From positions 39,866,001-39,930,000 of the forward strand of contig OX597815.1 of assembly GCA_951406725.2 (NCBI GenBank): 64,000 nt of DNA. The letters run 5' to 3'. Position 1 is the stretch's first letter. Each line of letters begins with the position of its first letter. This document shows, one piece after another, positions 26,952 through 41,221 of the stretch. The DNA comes from Octopus vulgaris (taxonomy: Eukaryota). The translations under genes and the position numbers were made by a program. A model generated the notes under the pieces. That model ran no database searches. It was given only the letters and a program-made list of their open reading frames with translations, and was not told the origin of the DNA.

Positions 26952-28160
26952 TCGACAATCACCGGTTTTCGATGAAAGGGGTCCCAATGCAAATACTTAT
27001 ATCACTTTTCCAGTAACTTTTCGTCACTGATCTCTATTTGAAAGAGCTATCTGGTTAGTTGTAGACAATGGCCATCAGAGAGGATGAAGCCAAGGAAGAA
27101 CCCATGTCTGATGGGTCGTGTGCTTTAATTTATTAGTGTATGTTTGAAGGGCTACTGTTAATTGGAGTCCAGTGTTTTTATTTATGGGACTATGTTTTGA
27201 AGACTTGCTTTTAATTGGTATCAAGAATTGCTGTCGTATTAGAAAGTTAAGCGCATAATAGAAAGGGAAATTTAGCGTTATGGCTGGTTTTGCAACAAAT
27301 ATTCTGTATAGAGAACTGCTCCGCAACCCAAATAAATTTCTTTAGTGCAGGTTGATGAATAGGATCGAATAGTAAATGAATAACTTATAAACAAAATAAA
27401 AAGTGCATAAAAACTAAATGAAGAAGTAATAATTTCAAGCTTAAATCTAATAAAAAAATTTAATATATTGGTGGGTAAATTTAGAATAGTTCAAAGCTGA
27501 AAAGGTAGATTTTTAAGATGCACGATATAAAAGAATCAAAATGACAGCGTTTGTATCTCTAGTAACAGTGGCAGTAGAACTATCGCTTTATAAGGTGATG
27601 ATCGAGTAGACTTGTTACCGAACTGGAAAGGATATATAACGGCATTTCTTCCAGCTCTTTACATATTGAGTCCACTGCCCAAGTCCACTTTGCCTTTCAT
27701 CCTTTCGGGTCGATAAAATACGTACTAGTTGAGCACAGAGATGATGTAATCTATTTCATCTTTCCATTAAAATTGCTGAACTTGAAATAAAATGTCAAAC
27801 CACTGTATGTTTTCAATGAATAAAAAATATTAGAATATACGGTGATAGAAAAAAAAAGACCACCTGAAAATTCCTTTTCTTATTGAAGCAACCCATTTCA
27901 TGAATTTGAATAAGCTAAAGGTTATCCGCAGAAAATTCACAGGTGATAAATGGTTTGTTTAATAGCTCATTTTTCTAGTAATATATATACAATTGAGAAA
28001 TTGGTTAAATTTATTGAAGCATAGGGGAAGTATCAGAGTGACCCATTGTCTGGAGAGTGAAACAGAGGTGGAGAAAGAGAAAGATCGAGAGAGAAGTGGA
28101 GATACACTCTCAATTATATCGTAAGTTATATAATTTACTATTTTATTTGTTAACCAATAG

Positions 28161-28285
28161 GAAACAAGAAAAGCATTTGAATTTGAAGCAACAACTACTG
28201 GGAAAGCTCGCCTTCTGTTATCAGCTGCTGTAGCTTCCGATAAAAATATCATAGATTCGGCCTATGATTTTCCTATACTTAGCGC
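28161..28285 (+). CDS. GH18 chitinase-like protein, coding exon 4
   Basis: aatag acceptor. ETRKAFEFEATTTGKARLLLSAAVASDKNIIDSAYDFPILS(A), containing the RLLLSAAV motif. Donor GTGAGT, phase 2. Confidence 0.93.
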
Positions 28286-28690
28286 GTGAGTTAATGGATG
28301 CTTTATGTATCAATTGTTTTCACAAATGTTTGCTGAGAGAAATAACATATATGTTATGGGTAGGTGACAACTAATAATGAAAAAAAAAAACAATAGATTT
28401 TTGTGCACATTTACACACATACATACACATACACACATTAGCACTAAAAAAATTATTAATTGCCTAGAATTTAATATATTTAATGCTGTCTCCTCAGAAA
28501 TTATAGAAATGAACTATTATTAAAAATCATTGTTGATGAATCAACAGGAAACAAGGGTATGTTATACTCGTTGAAATTCAAATATGAATATGTTTTACTC
28601 TTTTTGTTTCTAGATTACATAATAAGTTAAAGTTTCTTTTGATATCGAAGAAACGGATAACTTTATCAGATATGATCATTTCTTGTCTTT

Positions 28691-29120
28691 AAGGCGAGAA
28701 GCCGGCAGAATCGTTAGCACGCCAGGCAAAATGCTTAGCGGCATTTCGTCCGTTTTATGTTTTGAGTTAAAATTCCACCGAGGTCGACTTAGCCTTTCAT
28801 CTTTTCGTGATCGATAAAATAGGCACCCGTTGAGCACTGGGGTCGATGTAATCGACTTATCCCCTTCCCTTTCTGGTTTTGTGCCAAAATTTTAAATCAT
28901 AATTTCTCGTCTATAAGACGGCAATCGTTCGAGGGTCGGAAAATGCTTTACGGTATTTGTTCCGGTTTTTTTATGCTCTTAGTTCAATCTCCACCCAGGT
29001 CAGTTTTGCTTTAATGCCTTCGGTGTCGATAAAATAAAACAGCAGTCAAGTAATGGAGACTGTGAGTTCGACTAAACACACTCCCTTCAAGACTGCTGCT
29101 TTTGTGCCTAAATCAGAGAC
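28691..29120 (+). mobile_element. Two tandem SINE family A copies
   Basis: aaggcgagaagccggcagaatcgttagcacgcc... (28691-~28895) and a more decayed copy (~28915-29120). Confidence 0.75.
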
Positions 29121-29409
29121 AATAATTATTCCTGATGCAAAAGGAATAGCCTTTTTTTTATTATAAGGTTTTGATATTGACATGTTCTCTTGTGACGTGT
29201 TGCAGTGGAGAAATGATTTGTTGATAGACTGCTAAAGAGCAGAATGGCATTCTAGTTCTCTAATGTGTTGATATTGTTTACTTCTATGTAATAACGTGTT
29301 GTAAGTTATAGTTAGGTTTTGTGTCAGAACACTATTTTAATGTTCTAGTTTTAATGTTTGTGATCTAGAAATTAATTTCACAACTTTTAATTTTTTACAT
29401 AAACGACAG

Positions 29410-29533
29410 AAACTTGGATTTTATCACAGTGCTGACTTATGACTTTCATGGTGCCTGGGAGAAGAAAACGGGTCATAATTCCCCTTTGTTTCAACAATTC
29501 GGTGAGAAACCTCCAGAGTCCTATTCAAATGTG
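29410..29533 (+). CDS. GH18 chitinase-like protein, coding exon 5
   Basis: gacag acceptor. [27 protein letters not shown]...YSNV, containing the YDFHGxW motif. Donor GTAAGT, phase 0. Confidence 0.95.
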
Positions 29534-29571
29534 GTAAGTATATTATTATTTACTCGTCTAAAGCTCCTCAA

Positions 29572-30366
29572 TCTATCTATGTATATATTAGCAGATGTCT
29601 GTGTTTGTATGTCTATGCATAATGCCAATGAGGGAGTGAGAGGGGAGAGAAAGAAACAGAGAAGCAAAGTGAGGAAGTGGCTTTTTCCTTCTCCTCCATC
29701 TCCACATTCGTCACAACGTTTTTCGATAGAGGGAGATATGTAAATAGTGTAAGTGTGTGAGTGAGTTAGAAAGAGAGAGACAGAGAGAGAGACAGGGAGA
29801 GAGACAGAGAGAAAGAAACAGAAATAGATTAAATATGTGTGAGCGAGAGAAACACAGAATGAGAATAAGATAGAGAGAAAGAAAGAAACACAGAGAGAAA
29901 ACAAGTTTCTATAGAAGTTGAAAGAGAGAGGGATAGCGAAAGAGAGAGAGAGAGAGAGAGAGACGAAGGTAGCCAGAGTAAGGTCACTAGAAGCCGCTGC
30001 ACAACGATAGCAAAGACATGTGTTTGTAATCAGGCCGAAGGAGATCTGCCGCACGCAGGGCCAATGAGTTACAAGAGGCACGGGAAAAACGGTTAGAACA
30101 ATTACGCCAACAAAATGCAATCCGTAAGAGCCAAGAGTAAAAAAAAGGAAAGAGAAAAACGTTTAAAGAATGCAAGACAAAGACAAGCTGTCAGAGTTGC
30201 CAATGAGACAATAGGTCAGCGAGAGATAAGACAAAGAAATCCTCAGAGGAAAGGGATAAACGTCTTTATCAAGATAGGCTAAATACGTTTGTCAAAAGAG
30301 TTCCACCTTCAACATATGTGATAGAATTTATCTCCCTTCTTAAAAGTGGTAAATTTTGTATTTTCG

Positions 30367-30438
<72 letters not shown>

Positions 30439-30590
30439 GTATTATGAATTAAGAATTGATTTCATCATGTATCCCAAATGAAGAATATATTGAATTTAGA
30501 ATAACAAATTCCTATACAACATATTTTGCTTTTTCTTCTAATATATAAGGAACGATTTCATTCTCAGGCAACGCTGGGTGCCTCTGCTAG
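29572..30590 (+). mobile_element. Helitron-like element with STPR-like repeat remnant in intron 5
   Basis: A|TCTATCTATGTATATA... 5' end and caggcaacgctggg...CTAG|T 3' end. 29965-30290 translates (with stops) RRANELQEAREKRLEQLRQQ...EREKRLKNARQRQAVRVANETIGQREIR. Confidence 0.6.
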
Positions 30591-31796
30591 TTTATATATG
30601 TATAAACATATTCCATATGTGTAAATTATTCATTATAGTATATAATCGTTCGAGATATTTATCTAGGTATTTTTCTGACAATGGTCGAAATAATAATTAC
30701 CAAAAAAATGGCAAGTTTCTTTCTCTCAGAGAGGTTTGCAAGGAATAAGGTACTGTATGTATGTCTGTGTGTAATTATGCACATAATTATAACTCGCTGG
30801 TACATATTAGCAATAATACCTCAACAGTGAACATAATCAGCTTATTGATTTAATACATATGATACCAGTCACCTTTCTTATTCCATTTAAAGTTTCAGCT
30901 TTTGTTAAATCCGAATGTTAAGATGGAACTATTGCCAGATTACAAACACTGTACCAATCAGATGTTTTAATGAGACATATAATTTCCCGAGCATCTGCCT
31001 GAAGCATATTCTACGAAAGAGGCAGACTGAACGGGTTTCCCTATAGCCTCGTCGTTTTTTTGTTTTTTTGTTTATCTTTTTCTTTTCAGAAAACAAAATA
31101 TATTGCTGCCTCTAATTCTTTAAAGTTTTCTTGTTCATGCAAAGCCTTTCCTGATTGCTTGGCACTGATGAATAGGCAACTATCGCAAATATCGGTATTA
31201 ATAAATGTAGGACATATGCAATTTTAACCACTAATATTAAATACCCTTGCAAACCATTGCTGAAAATATTTAAGTTAATCTTTGCAAACAGGATTCAGTA
31301 AGACGTTTCATGATAAAGTAATAAATGTTGTTTAGCCAACAGTCAATATTAATCAAATAGAACTACGATAGGAGGGGCTCCAGCTAAAAACATTTCATTT
31401 GTTTGCATATCTAGAATAACACTCCCCAGTGTCTCCTTTATTTTCTAAGATAGTAAGGAGCATTTTGAGGGAGATTTCACTGCTATTTCTAGCAAGTTAT
31501 TTGCTTGACATGAAAGTAGTAACCTACACAAGTCAAAAATACAAGCAACATGCAACTGTAGCGACCAGTTACAGAATAGGTAAACGGATTCGAAACCGAA
31601 TCCACATTTCTCAATATTGTCAAGCAAATCTTAACCTATTGTTTTCTGGTCTCTGCGCTCATACACAGCTATAAAGTGAATAACGTTGATTTTATCGCAA
31701 TTAATGTGCTGAATTAAATGATTTAATTGTAAGGAAATTAGAAGCAACCTTTTAAAAAATACTACTTCATTTTCCTGTATTGCCGTTGTGTCACAG

Positions 31797-31982
31797 CAAT
31801 TTGCTGCTAGGTACTGGACTTCCAAGGGTATCCCAGCAAGTAAATTAAACATAGGCATTCCTACGTTTGGACGTGGTTTTACGCTTGCACACAGAATGGT
31901 CACCGGTCCGTCTGCCCCAGCAGTTGGTCCGTCTCCAGCTGGAATTTATACGAGAGAGCCTGGCTATCTTGCTTATTATGAG
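31797..31982 (+). CDS. GH18 chitinase-like protein, coding exon 6
   Basis: tcacag acceptor. QFAARYWTSKGIPASKLNIGIPTFGRGFTL...TREPGYLAYYE. Donor GTAAGT, phase 0. Confidence 0.95.
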
Positions 31983-34161
31983 GTAAGTTACACACCATTT
32001 CATAACTGCATGTCCGCTCGAATATGCGAAAGTATTGTATACATTTTCTTACATTCAGTTGTGTGTGTGTGTGTGTGTGTGCGTGTGTGCACACGTGCCC
32101 GCATGCGTAAGAGAGAGAGAGAGAGAATTTCTTTTTTACACGCTCCTGCACACCAGAATGAGAAAATGTGTCCGCTGCGGAATTATATAGAGAAAAGATT
32201 TTGTCCTTAGATTTCGTGTAAAATTGCATAAAACCGAGCTCCAGGTGATGTAATATATACATATATATATATATATATATACACAAACATACATGCATGC
32301 ATATAGATATACATACATACATACATACATACATACATACATACATACATACATACATACATGCATACTTACATGTGTGTTAGTGATTAATGCCGCATGA
32401 AGCAACTATGGATAAAATATTGTCGTATAAAGTCATGTTTGACACATTCGATTGCATCAGTCGTGATAAGACCAAATGCTGCAAGAACTGTCGCGGGAGA
32501 AACTTCTCCACTTAGACTTGTGAAAACAAACATTTTATTTTGGAGATATGAATGACATCATTAGATCATAGGATGCATGCGTATCTGCGTCGTTTCGCTC
32601 TTCAGGTATTAAAACTAACTCTTATCGCTCACAGCCCAAAAAGTATGAAGTTATATTTCTGAAAACAATATTCAAATTATCGGCTGATGTGCGATTAGTC
32701 TTGTGCGGCCGGAATTAATTAGTGTCACACGAAGCGGTGCGGCTTATGATTGATATATCAGGAAAGATTTCTTAACTTCAAATGCTCTTCAAGCTAAGGA
32801 GGAGAAGAAATTAAATATATCACGAGTCGTTCGAATTTCTTAAAGTACGATTTCAAATGAAAGGAAGACACATTAAGCAATTTCTCCTGAAACATTTCGG
32901 TATACTGTGTTCATTAAAAATAAGAGATATGTAAGTCTTTTTTTTTTTTTTACCAAGGAGCTGAATACAGTAATTGAAAATATGAAACTAAAGTTAGCAG
33001 ATTGTGGTAACATAAAATGAAGTAATAATCAGTCCTCAAATAGCTAACAATAAAATTCACGAACAGATAAATATTCTTGGTATATTGATGAAGTGTTTAT
33101 TCCCTGTTAAAGTAGCCGAAGGAACATCATACCAATTCTTTAAACAAGTTACCATAACATTTTTTTATAATGATGTCCGCGATTATACAGAAAGTGTTGC
33201 CTGAAATTGTCATAATGATTATATTTCAACAGTAGTACAAAGGGCTTAGGATATCATTAAAACCACTGCTCTGAGTTCTGAAAAGATAGAAAAGGGATTT
33301 TTCTGTAATGAAAATCAACACCGCGAAGTTAAAATATAGCAAATCTTTTGATAAATAATTTGATGGCTCTTTCACTGAGTTTGTATGATTATACACGTTC
33401 CGTTCAAATGTGACTTAGAAAAAGCCATTCAGCTGATGACAGAAGATTTAAATATACAACTGATAATACATATGATGGTAATTAGTTTTCAATACGGAAA
33501 TATCTGAAACATGAAAGAAAATATAATTATCAACTACATATTTGTCATAGCAATTCCATAGATAAAAAAAGTATATATTGGAAAGTTTTACATATTTTTA
33601 CTATTCTAGTGATGGCTTGAGTCTGTACTTCTTGAATCAGCTTTTTCCTTTCTGGTTTTGAAAAAAAGCCCAATTTCTCAAGATTGGCATTCAGGCAGTG
33701 GGATACATATCCCAGCGCCTTAACTTGTAATCAGGATAGAGTAACTGCAGATTTCTCAATAGTTCAGTATAGGTATGTATGATTTAGCTTTATGTATATG
33801 TGTGTGTGTGTGTGTATGTGTGTATTATGATATGCTAGATTACTCTTAGTGCTAATGGTAATGTGTAGCACGCACAGATATCACAAACTCTTTAATAAAA
33901 TAACATTGAATGTTAGCTCCAGTTTTACTGAAAAACTTGCAACTTCAGTATCGATGATCAACAGAAGAAACTATACAAATAGACACAAACAGGTCTGAGC
34001 CCCAAGTCTTTGTCACTGTAATATCACTCTTCCATCAATAAAAGTCCCTTGATAAAAGCGTCTTCATCGATAAACAGAGAGAATAAAAATGACATAGACA
34101 AACAGACAAATATTGGATAATTTAATAGACATACACGCGCGCACGTGCGTGCGTACATGCA

Positions 34162-34211
<50 letters not shown>

Positions 34212-35397
34212 ATATAGCTTGCAGTCTCCGACTAAATTCGAAATTTGGACATGTTATTTTCACGTGGGAAATTTGTAATAAACAACCGGGTAGGCCAATA
34301 ACTGATGATATTAATTAAAGCTTATTTAAACTCATGACGTCAGCAATAAACTGGCCACTCAAGGTTGGCTCATTTTTATATATATTTATTGATAATACAA
34401 TACATATTTCAAGTGAGATATTTTCCATCCAATGACTGAGTGCTCATGAATATATCTTTATAAGTAATTTATCTCATATATCATAAACTACTTTCGTGAT
34501 TACAGCATACGTACATGTTGTGCATGTGTGTGAGTGCGTGGGTGGGGAGTTACGTGTATGCGTGTGTGAGGAAGAGAGAAAAAGCATGTATGTACGTGTG
34601 CGTGTGTGTATGAGGGAGAGAGAGAGAGAGAGAAAGAGAGAGAGCATGTGTGGATGAGCGTGGGAAGACCTTTCGCGGCGAAAATAGTCTCCGGAGAAAA
34701 TTCATATGGATAACGTGTGAAAACGTATCTTTGGACTATGATTGATGTCACCACATCGTAGGGCGCATGAATTTTTGCGTCGTTACGCTTGATTATCTGC
34801 ACACATGCATGCATATATATAGTATGTATACATGTACATTTATAATACGTATATATCTGTGTGTGCGTGTATATATATATATAAACACACAAACATATGT
34901 GCGAACGTATATATGCACGTACGTTCACTTGGATGAGTGTATGCAAAAATCAAGCCTAGGGAATATATTATGAAATTATTTATTTATATAAATGCATACT
35001 ATTTACGCATATATACAGGGTGTACCAAACAACGCATACGTACATGAATGATTATAAATCAATCTTTATTAAATACATTTCATTTTCCAAAACAAGTAGA
35101 ATATATTGACATAATTTAATTTATTTTGTGCACGCCTCTTTTCAAACTAACGATCGTCCTGTCCAGACACTACGGATAACACGAAGCAGATGGTGAAGAG
35201 ATCAGCATTGGGCATTCCTATGCGTTAAGGAGGCAAAAGTGGCCTCATACCCTTGGGATCAGCAGAGATCAAATGTGTTTACTACTACTAGCGATCATCG
35301 AGCGCGCTGATCTTTGTCTTGAAAAGAACCAAATCACTTTGTTCTATTTTAATTGCTGATAGAAAAAAATAATTATATATATATATATATATATATA

Positions 35398-36687
35398 CGA
35401 GGGACGTTCAATAAGTAATGCCTCTGACCCATTTGCATTTGTTTGATCTAGCTGAAATTTTGCATGTGCAATCATTTATATCTCTATAGAGTAAGTGGCA
35501 AATTACAGCTCTGAATTAATTGTGGTTTCTGATTTACAGGTGTTTGAACCGAGTCAAGTGTGAAATGGAGCCTGTTGAGTGTCGAGCAGTGATCCGGTTT
35601 TTGTATTTGAAAGGACGCACACCACGGGAGACTTTTGATGAAATGAAAGTAACTTATGGTGATGATGCCCCATCATATGACCTTGTAAAACGCTGGCATC
35701 GTGAATTCAAACATGGTCAGAACTCTGTGGAAACAGCTCCCAGATCTGGTCGCCCCTTCTGCCATTGATGAGGCATCTGTCCGTCAAGTTGAGGCTGCCA
35801 TTTTGGAAGATCGACGCATAATTATTCGCCAAATAGTCCATGAGGTCAAGATTAGTACCGGGTCTGTGGAAACTATCGTTCATGACCATTTGCATATGCA
35901 AAAGGTGTCTGCCAGATAGATTCCCAGGTTGCTCACGCCTTTACAGAAGCAAGAACGCGTCGAGTTCTCGAGGGTGAATTTGGAGATGTGCCAAGAAGAT
36001 GAGTCAAAAGTTTTCAAAAGACTGATTACACAGGATGAAACCTGGGTCCATCACGATGATCCAGAGACCAAAGCCCAGTCAATGCAGTGGAAGCACTGTG
36101 ACTCACCCCCTCCAAAGAAGGCAAGGGTGCAGCCCTCCGCTGGCAAGGTCATGCTCACAGTCTTCTGGGACCAGGACGGAGTAGTGATGACAGATTTCTT
36201 GGCAAAGGGTACCACAATTGCAGGAGCCTATTATGCTTCACTTTTGAGGAAATTAAGAGAAGTTATCAAAATCAAGAGGCGGGGCAAGATCAGCAAAGGC
36301 ATCCTCCTCCTGCAGGACAACGCTCCGATCCACAACTCGTTTGTCGCCAGATCAGAAGCACAGGCGTGCGGCTATGAACTCCTCGCCCATCCCCCTACTT
36401 TCCTGACCGTGCACCCTCTGATTTTCACCTCTTCCCAGTCATGAAGTTGTTTTTGAAAGGAAAGCGTTTCCAAGATGATGCAGCCTTGATTTCTGAAGTC
36501 ACGTTCAGGTTGGAGGACCAAGCTGGGGTCTTCTACAAAAACGGTCTCCAGAGCTGCATCAAACAATGGGAGAAATGCGTAACTCTGGGTGGTTCCTATA
36601 TAGAAAAAGACTAATAACTGTGCCAAGTTTCGTTGCTCTACTGCTATGGGAAGTGGGTCAGGGGCATTACTTATTGAACGCCCCTCG
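35398..36687 (+). mobile_element. Full-length (1290 bp) defective mariner element; transposase pseudogene 35565-36614
   Basis: TIRs cgagggacgttcaataagtaatgcc / ggcattacttattgaacgcccctcg with TA flanks. MEPVECRAVIRFL...ITQDETWVH...LLQDNAPIH. Frameshifts near 35760 and 36400, and a stop at 35917. Confidence 0.95.
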
Positions 36688-36884
36688 TATATATATAATT
36701 ATTTTTTCTATATACTGATGTTCTCTTCGTTGAATTTTTGAATTTTTTAAATTTCTTTCCTTTGAAATTTTCCTTTTCTTTTTATAAGTTTTGCTATGGT
36801 TTACAGTTTTTATAATTGTGCAGTGCGTATATATTGGCAGGTGCTTACCTCCTTAATTTTTTTTATCGTGCATTTAATTGTTTT

Positions 36885-37385
36885 GTACAATGAAAGGCAT
36901 GTTTACATATTCGGGTAGTCAGGGAAAAAAGAACGATAAAGTTTTCACACAAAATTGTAGATATTAAAGTTTCTAAATTTTTTAGAGATATTCGTTTGTG
37001 CTTCCGATCAGGGAAAACTGTTGTGTTTTTGCAATGAGAAGGGTGTTTACATTTTCTAATAGTCAGGGAGAAAGGAAAGGAAAGAGAAGGAAGTTAAATT
37101 TTTCACAGAAAATTGTAGATGTTAAAGTTTTAACATTTACTAGAGATGATCTTTTGTTTGTCCGAACAGAGGAAACTGTTGGGTTCTTAGAATAAAGAGA
37201 ATGTTTACATTTTCGAATACTCAGGGATAAAGGAAAGGATAGGTATTCACAAAAGTTGTAGATATTAAAGTTTGTAAAGCTGATCGTTTGTGTGGTCGAA
37301 AACTGTAGATATGTAAGTTTCTTAACTTATTTTGAGGGAAATTTAAAATACTCACAGGAAATTGTAGATATTCCGGTCTTTGAGA
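36885..37385. repeat. Degenerate tandem repeat, ~145-160 bp unit, ~3.3 copies
   Basis: tgtttacat...cagggaa...ttcaca.aaa.ttgtagat.ttaaagttt recurs at ~36900, ~37044 and ~37202. Confidence 0.75.
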
Positions 37386-37412
37386 GTTATTTTTCAGTTG
37401 TCCTGCTGGGTT

Positions 37413-37464
<52 letters not shown>

Positions 37465-37626
37465 TTTTGTTCATCATATTGAAATGTGAGTGTATTCATC
37501 ATTAGGTCGTTTATTTTATTCAATTGTATGAAAATTGAAGCATGTCTTTGGCAATTCCGGGGCGTATCTTATGATTTTTGATCCACCTTGTATATTATCA
37601 TACGCGTACATATAAATGCATGAAAA

Positions 37627-37682
<56 letters not shown>

Positions 37683-39863
37683 TGTATTATATGTATGTAT
37701 ATTTCGTCGCCGGTAGTATTGGAATCTACGCGAGGAGACCTCCAATGGGTTAATTGGAGTTACTTGATCCCGATTGTCAACGAACAGATTTCATTGTGAA
37801 TATACCTTACTTTTTAAACACATTGATTGGATCTGTTTGAGTGCTGCTGAAAACAATCTGGCAGAAATCACTCCACTCATGGCTATATATGAATACGTGA
37901 GCATAAATATAAATTTATATGAAAAAAAAAAATCTTTATTAACATCAGTCTATAAAAATTCATATGTAATATTTCGTAAAATAATTATTTTTCAAAATCC
38001 TATAGAACGTCAGAAATGCTTTATGGGTAAATTCATATGAAAATTTCTAAAGTGGATCTCTGTTAAAAGAGGCCCCAGCAAACTTTTGAATATAGATGTG
38101 TTTGAAAACTAGTGATTATCGAAAGGGAAAATGTTTACAGAATTAGCAATAAAATAGTTTTGATTTCGTGTGTGCATATGCGCGCGCGCGTGTGTGCTTA
38201 TTTATTCAAGGTATGAATAGCATATAATTCGTATGTTAGCTGTGTCTTTACTAGCAAAAAAAGCTGTTCCGTGTTATATCAGGTAAAGGTCAACTGTAGA
38301 TCATCTTAAAGGCAGTATTACGTGTGTTTTTGCAGTCTGTTGATGTGTACGCTGTAGCTAGCATATATGCAGTCACACACACACATACACACATATGCAT
38401 ACGCATACGCACACATGTTTATATGCATACGTGTGATTTCAGATCATTTCAGTCTTCATTTACATATTCTTGCACACATACACATATTCATGCCCACTTA
38501 CATTTGCATATACTGCATGCATGTGTCCATCCATCCACATATACATACGTACATGAACATATATACACATACACATAAACTTGAATGCATATATATGTGT
38601 GTGTGTGTGAGTGTGTGTGGACTCACAACCACACACGAAAGAGTGAACAATCAAAAGAAAGTAACACTCAACACGTTTGACTTGACTCACAGTGATTTAA
38701 TAAAAGTTAGACTCATATTCACGTTACTTAAAGTTTCGGTGATGCATGACACACCCACCTCATCACATATCCATAGAGGGAGAATGGAGAGAATTAAAAA
38801 GGAATTTGAGATGGCTTCAAGATATTTAAGCCTCCATTGATTATTTCAGAACACATGGTACATTTTGCCATCATAGTCTCATCAGATATTTTATTCTTAG
38901 GCAGCGTGATGGAGCTAACAGGATGCTGGCATTACTCTATCAGTTTTTGCGGGATCACACACACACACACACACACACACACATGCAACAACATCAGTTC
39001 TGTACATTGGATAGTGCACACATAAAACAATATTATCACATTTTTTAAAAAATTTCTCTCCATCCTACAATTACTTGTTTTGAATACATTTCTATATTCG
39101 TAAGTTCAACACGAGGTCCTTTGATTGAATTACTCTTCGAACTGTAACACTTGCTTAAACATTGTTATATACCTAACTATAAAACCGATAACTCCCACTA
39201 CGCTGTGTTCAGCATGGCTCGAATGGATGCAATCTGTGTGTCCGTAAGAATGTTTCAGTAACCATATGATCGATTGTTCGAAGATCGCGACTGAGAAATT
39301 CCAAGTTGTGGCCTGTAACACTCAGACTTGAATAGATATTATACTGTTGTATGTAACAGCATTAATTTTGCAGAATTGCTATTCACTTTAGTGTTATATC
39401 ATATAAATGATACATAGAAAAATATGTATTATATGTTTACAAGAAGAGTGATGACAGTGATTTCGAAGTTTCAGCCTGCTAGCTTTAACCACTCTTTTTG
39501 TAAAACTTTGATAAATATGTACTTTACAAAATGTATTGAGTAATCCATCAGTTTAATATAGAAATTTTTTTTTAAATTATAAATCGACATAAAAACAAAC
39601 ATTAGTACAGAGATAAATAGATACACACACACAAAAATACATATATACACGCCGCAGGCATAGCCGTGTGGTAAAGAGTTTCGCTTAGTAATCATACTGT
39701 TCTTTATTCAGTACCATTATGCAGCAACCTGGGCAAGCATCTTTTATTGTAGCGTCGTCTAAATAACATTTTCCTGGTGGAATTTAGTTTATACAGGTAT
39801 ATAAATGTATCTATGTACTCATATATTATGTATTTATATAAACTGCATATATGTCTGTATATG

Positions 39864-40940
39864 TACAAGGTCTGTCCAAAAGAAACCGAACTTTTAAACC
39901 ACGTCAGTAAGTCAACAATCTATACGTACTAGAATGGATATGTGTTTAGTGCACTGGGAGATTTGTGCAAATTGAAAAACGGAGAGCAATGTATTTGTGC
40001 GAAATTATGCTGCAGAGATCTTTCGAACGTTGCAACAGTCTTATAGAAATGTTTTATTGAACCATACGCAATGTCACAAGTGATACTATTATTTCAAATC
40101 GGGATGAACATCTACCAAAGCGTTTCCAAATCTAGACGACCTTCTACGTAGCTGTCAACGAGTACATTACAGTAGCTATAATCCGTGAAAACTGTCTCTT
40201 GACAACTTGTGAAGTTTCTATAGTAATCAACCTTAAAAATTAATGATAGAGGATTTTTTTTAATCGAAGAAGTATTGCGCTTTCGCAAAATTTGTGTCGC
40301 ATCTGCTACAGATGAACTAAAAGAGAACTGAGTCAGTCAGTCAAGGCTATTTTGAACGTCTGTCTGTTCGTGAATACTTAATGAAAAGTGTCATAACAAG
40401 CGGGGAAATATGAGTGTTTGGCTACGGTACGATGTTGAAAAGAAAAAGGCAGTCGTCGTAGTGGGTTATATCAGTGTCACCGTAACTAAACAAACAAAAA
40501 CAAATTAAAAACAGAGCTCGCCAGAGACGTTCAAATATGGTTAAGCTGATTACTTTTTGGAAGGATATCGTTTATCCTGAAGTTGTTCCATGTTGCCAGG
40601 CGATCGGTAAACTTTTACATGGTTGTTCTGGGGCATTTGAGAAAGGCAGTGGCATCACTATAGCACAGCATTACCTTTTGGCAATGCAGGAAACGACTCT
40701 CGGCCCTCAACCGATTTGTTCTTCGGATTTGCTCCTGCAGATACTTTTTTTTTTGTTCCTAGAATTGAGAGCTACCTTGAAAGGTTGTCGATTTCAGACT
40801 ATTGAAGTAATCCAAGAACATTCGCTTCAAGAACGAACTGTACACTACCTCTGAAGACGTATTCCAAAAACAAAAACAGTAGTTGGGAATGGTGTATCAA
40901 CAATGGAGCGAATTATTTGAAAGGAGACCATTCTGATTTA
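39864..40940 (+). mobile_element. Highly decayed mariner element
   Basis: Recognisable remnants of EQxICxKxC, FVxHLL, ITxGETWVFGY and PQPxxSxDLAPADxFLFxxL in broken frames. Confidence 0.7.
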
Positions 40941-41101
40941 ATAATTTTTTTTTTTTAAATTTTGGTTTCATTCTGTATAGACCTTATATTTAAACACATA
41001 TCTGTTGTGTACATGATGAATTATAACGCTATAGAATAAACAGAGCATCAGATATAACTGTTTGTAAATATTTAAATATTTAAGATCTGTTATTGATTTA
41101 G

Positions 41102-41221
41102 GTGTGCAAACTGATACAGAATGGCGGCCATGTATACAGAATGGCCGATGCACAAGTCCCGTACGTCGTTAACGGAAACCAATGGGTTGGTTATGATGAT
41201 ATACAAAGTGTTATAAACAAG
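41102..41221 (+). CDS. GH18 chitinase-like protein, coding exon 7
   Basis: tttag acceptor. VCKLIQNGGHVYRMADAQVPYVVNGNQWVGYDDIQSVINK. Donor GTATTG, phase 0. Confidence 0.95.

Noticed and set aside
31160-31200. Hammerhead-like ctgatga-atag-gcaa-ctat
   Set aside because: GAAA is interrupted (gcaaa) and no stem I closes.
32580-32612. Minus-strand CTGAAGA-gc-GAAAC
   Set aside because: No stem II and no UH cleavage site.
32400-33500. Possible decayed Helitron/PIF1 helicase coding remnant
   Set aside because: Only vague resemblance; no motif could be read convincingly without a translated search.
36885-37385. CRISPR-like repeat-spacer pattern
   Set aside because: The units are degenerate along their whole length with no unique spacers, in eukaryotic intron context with no cas genes.
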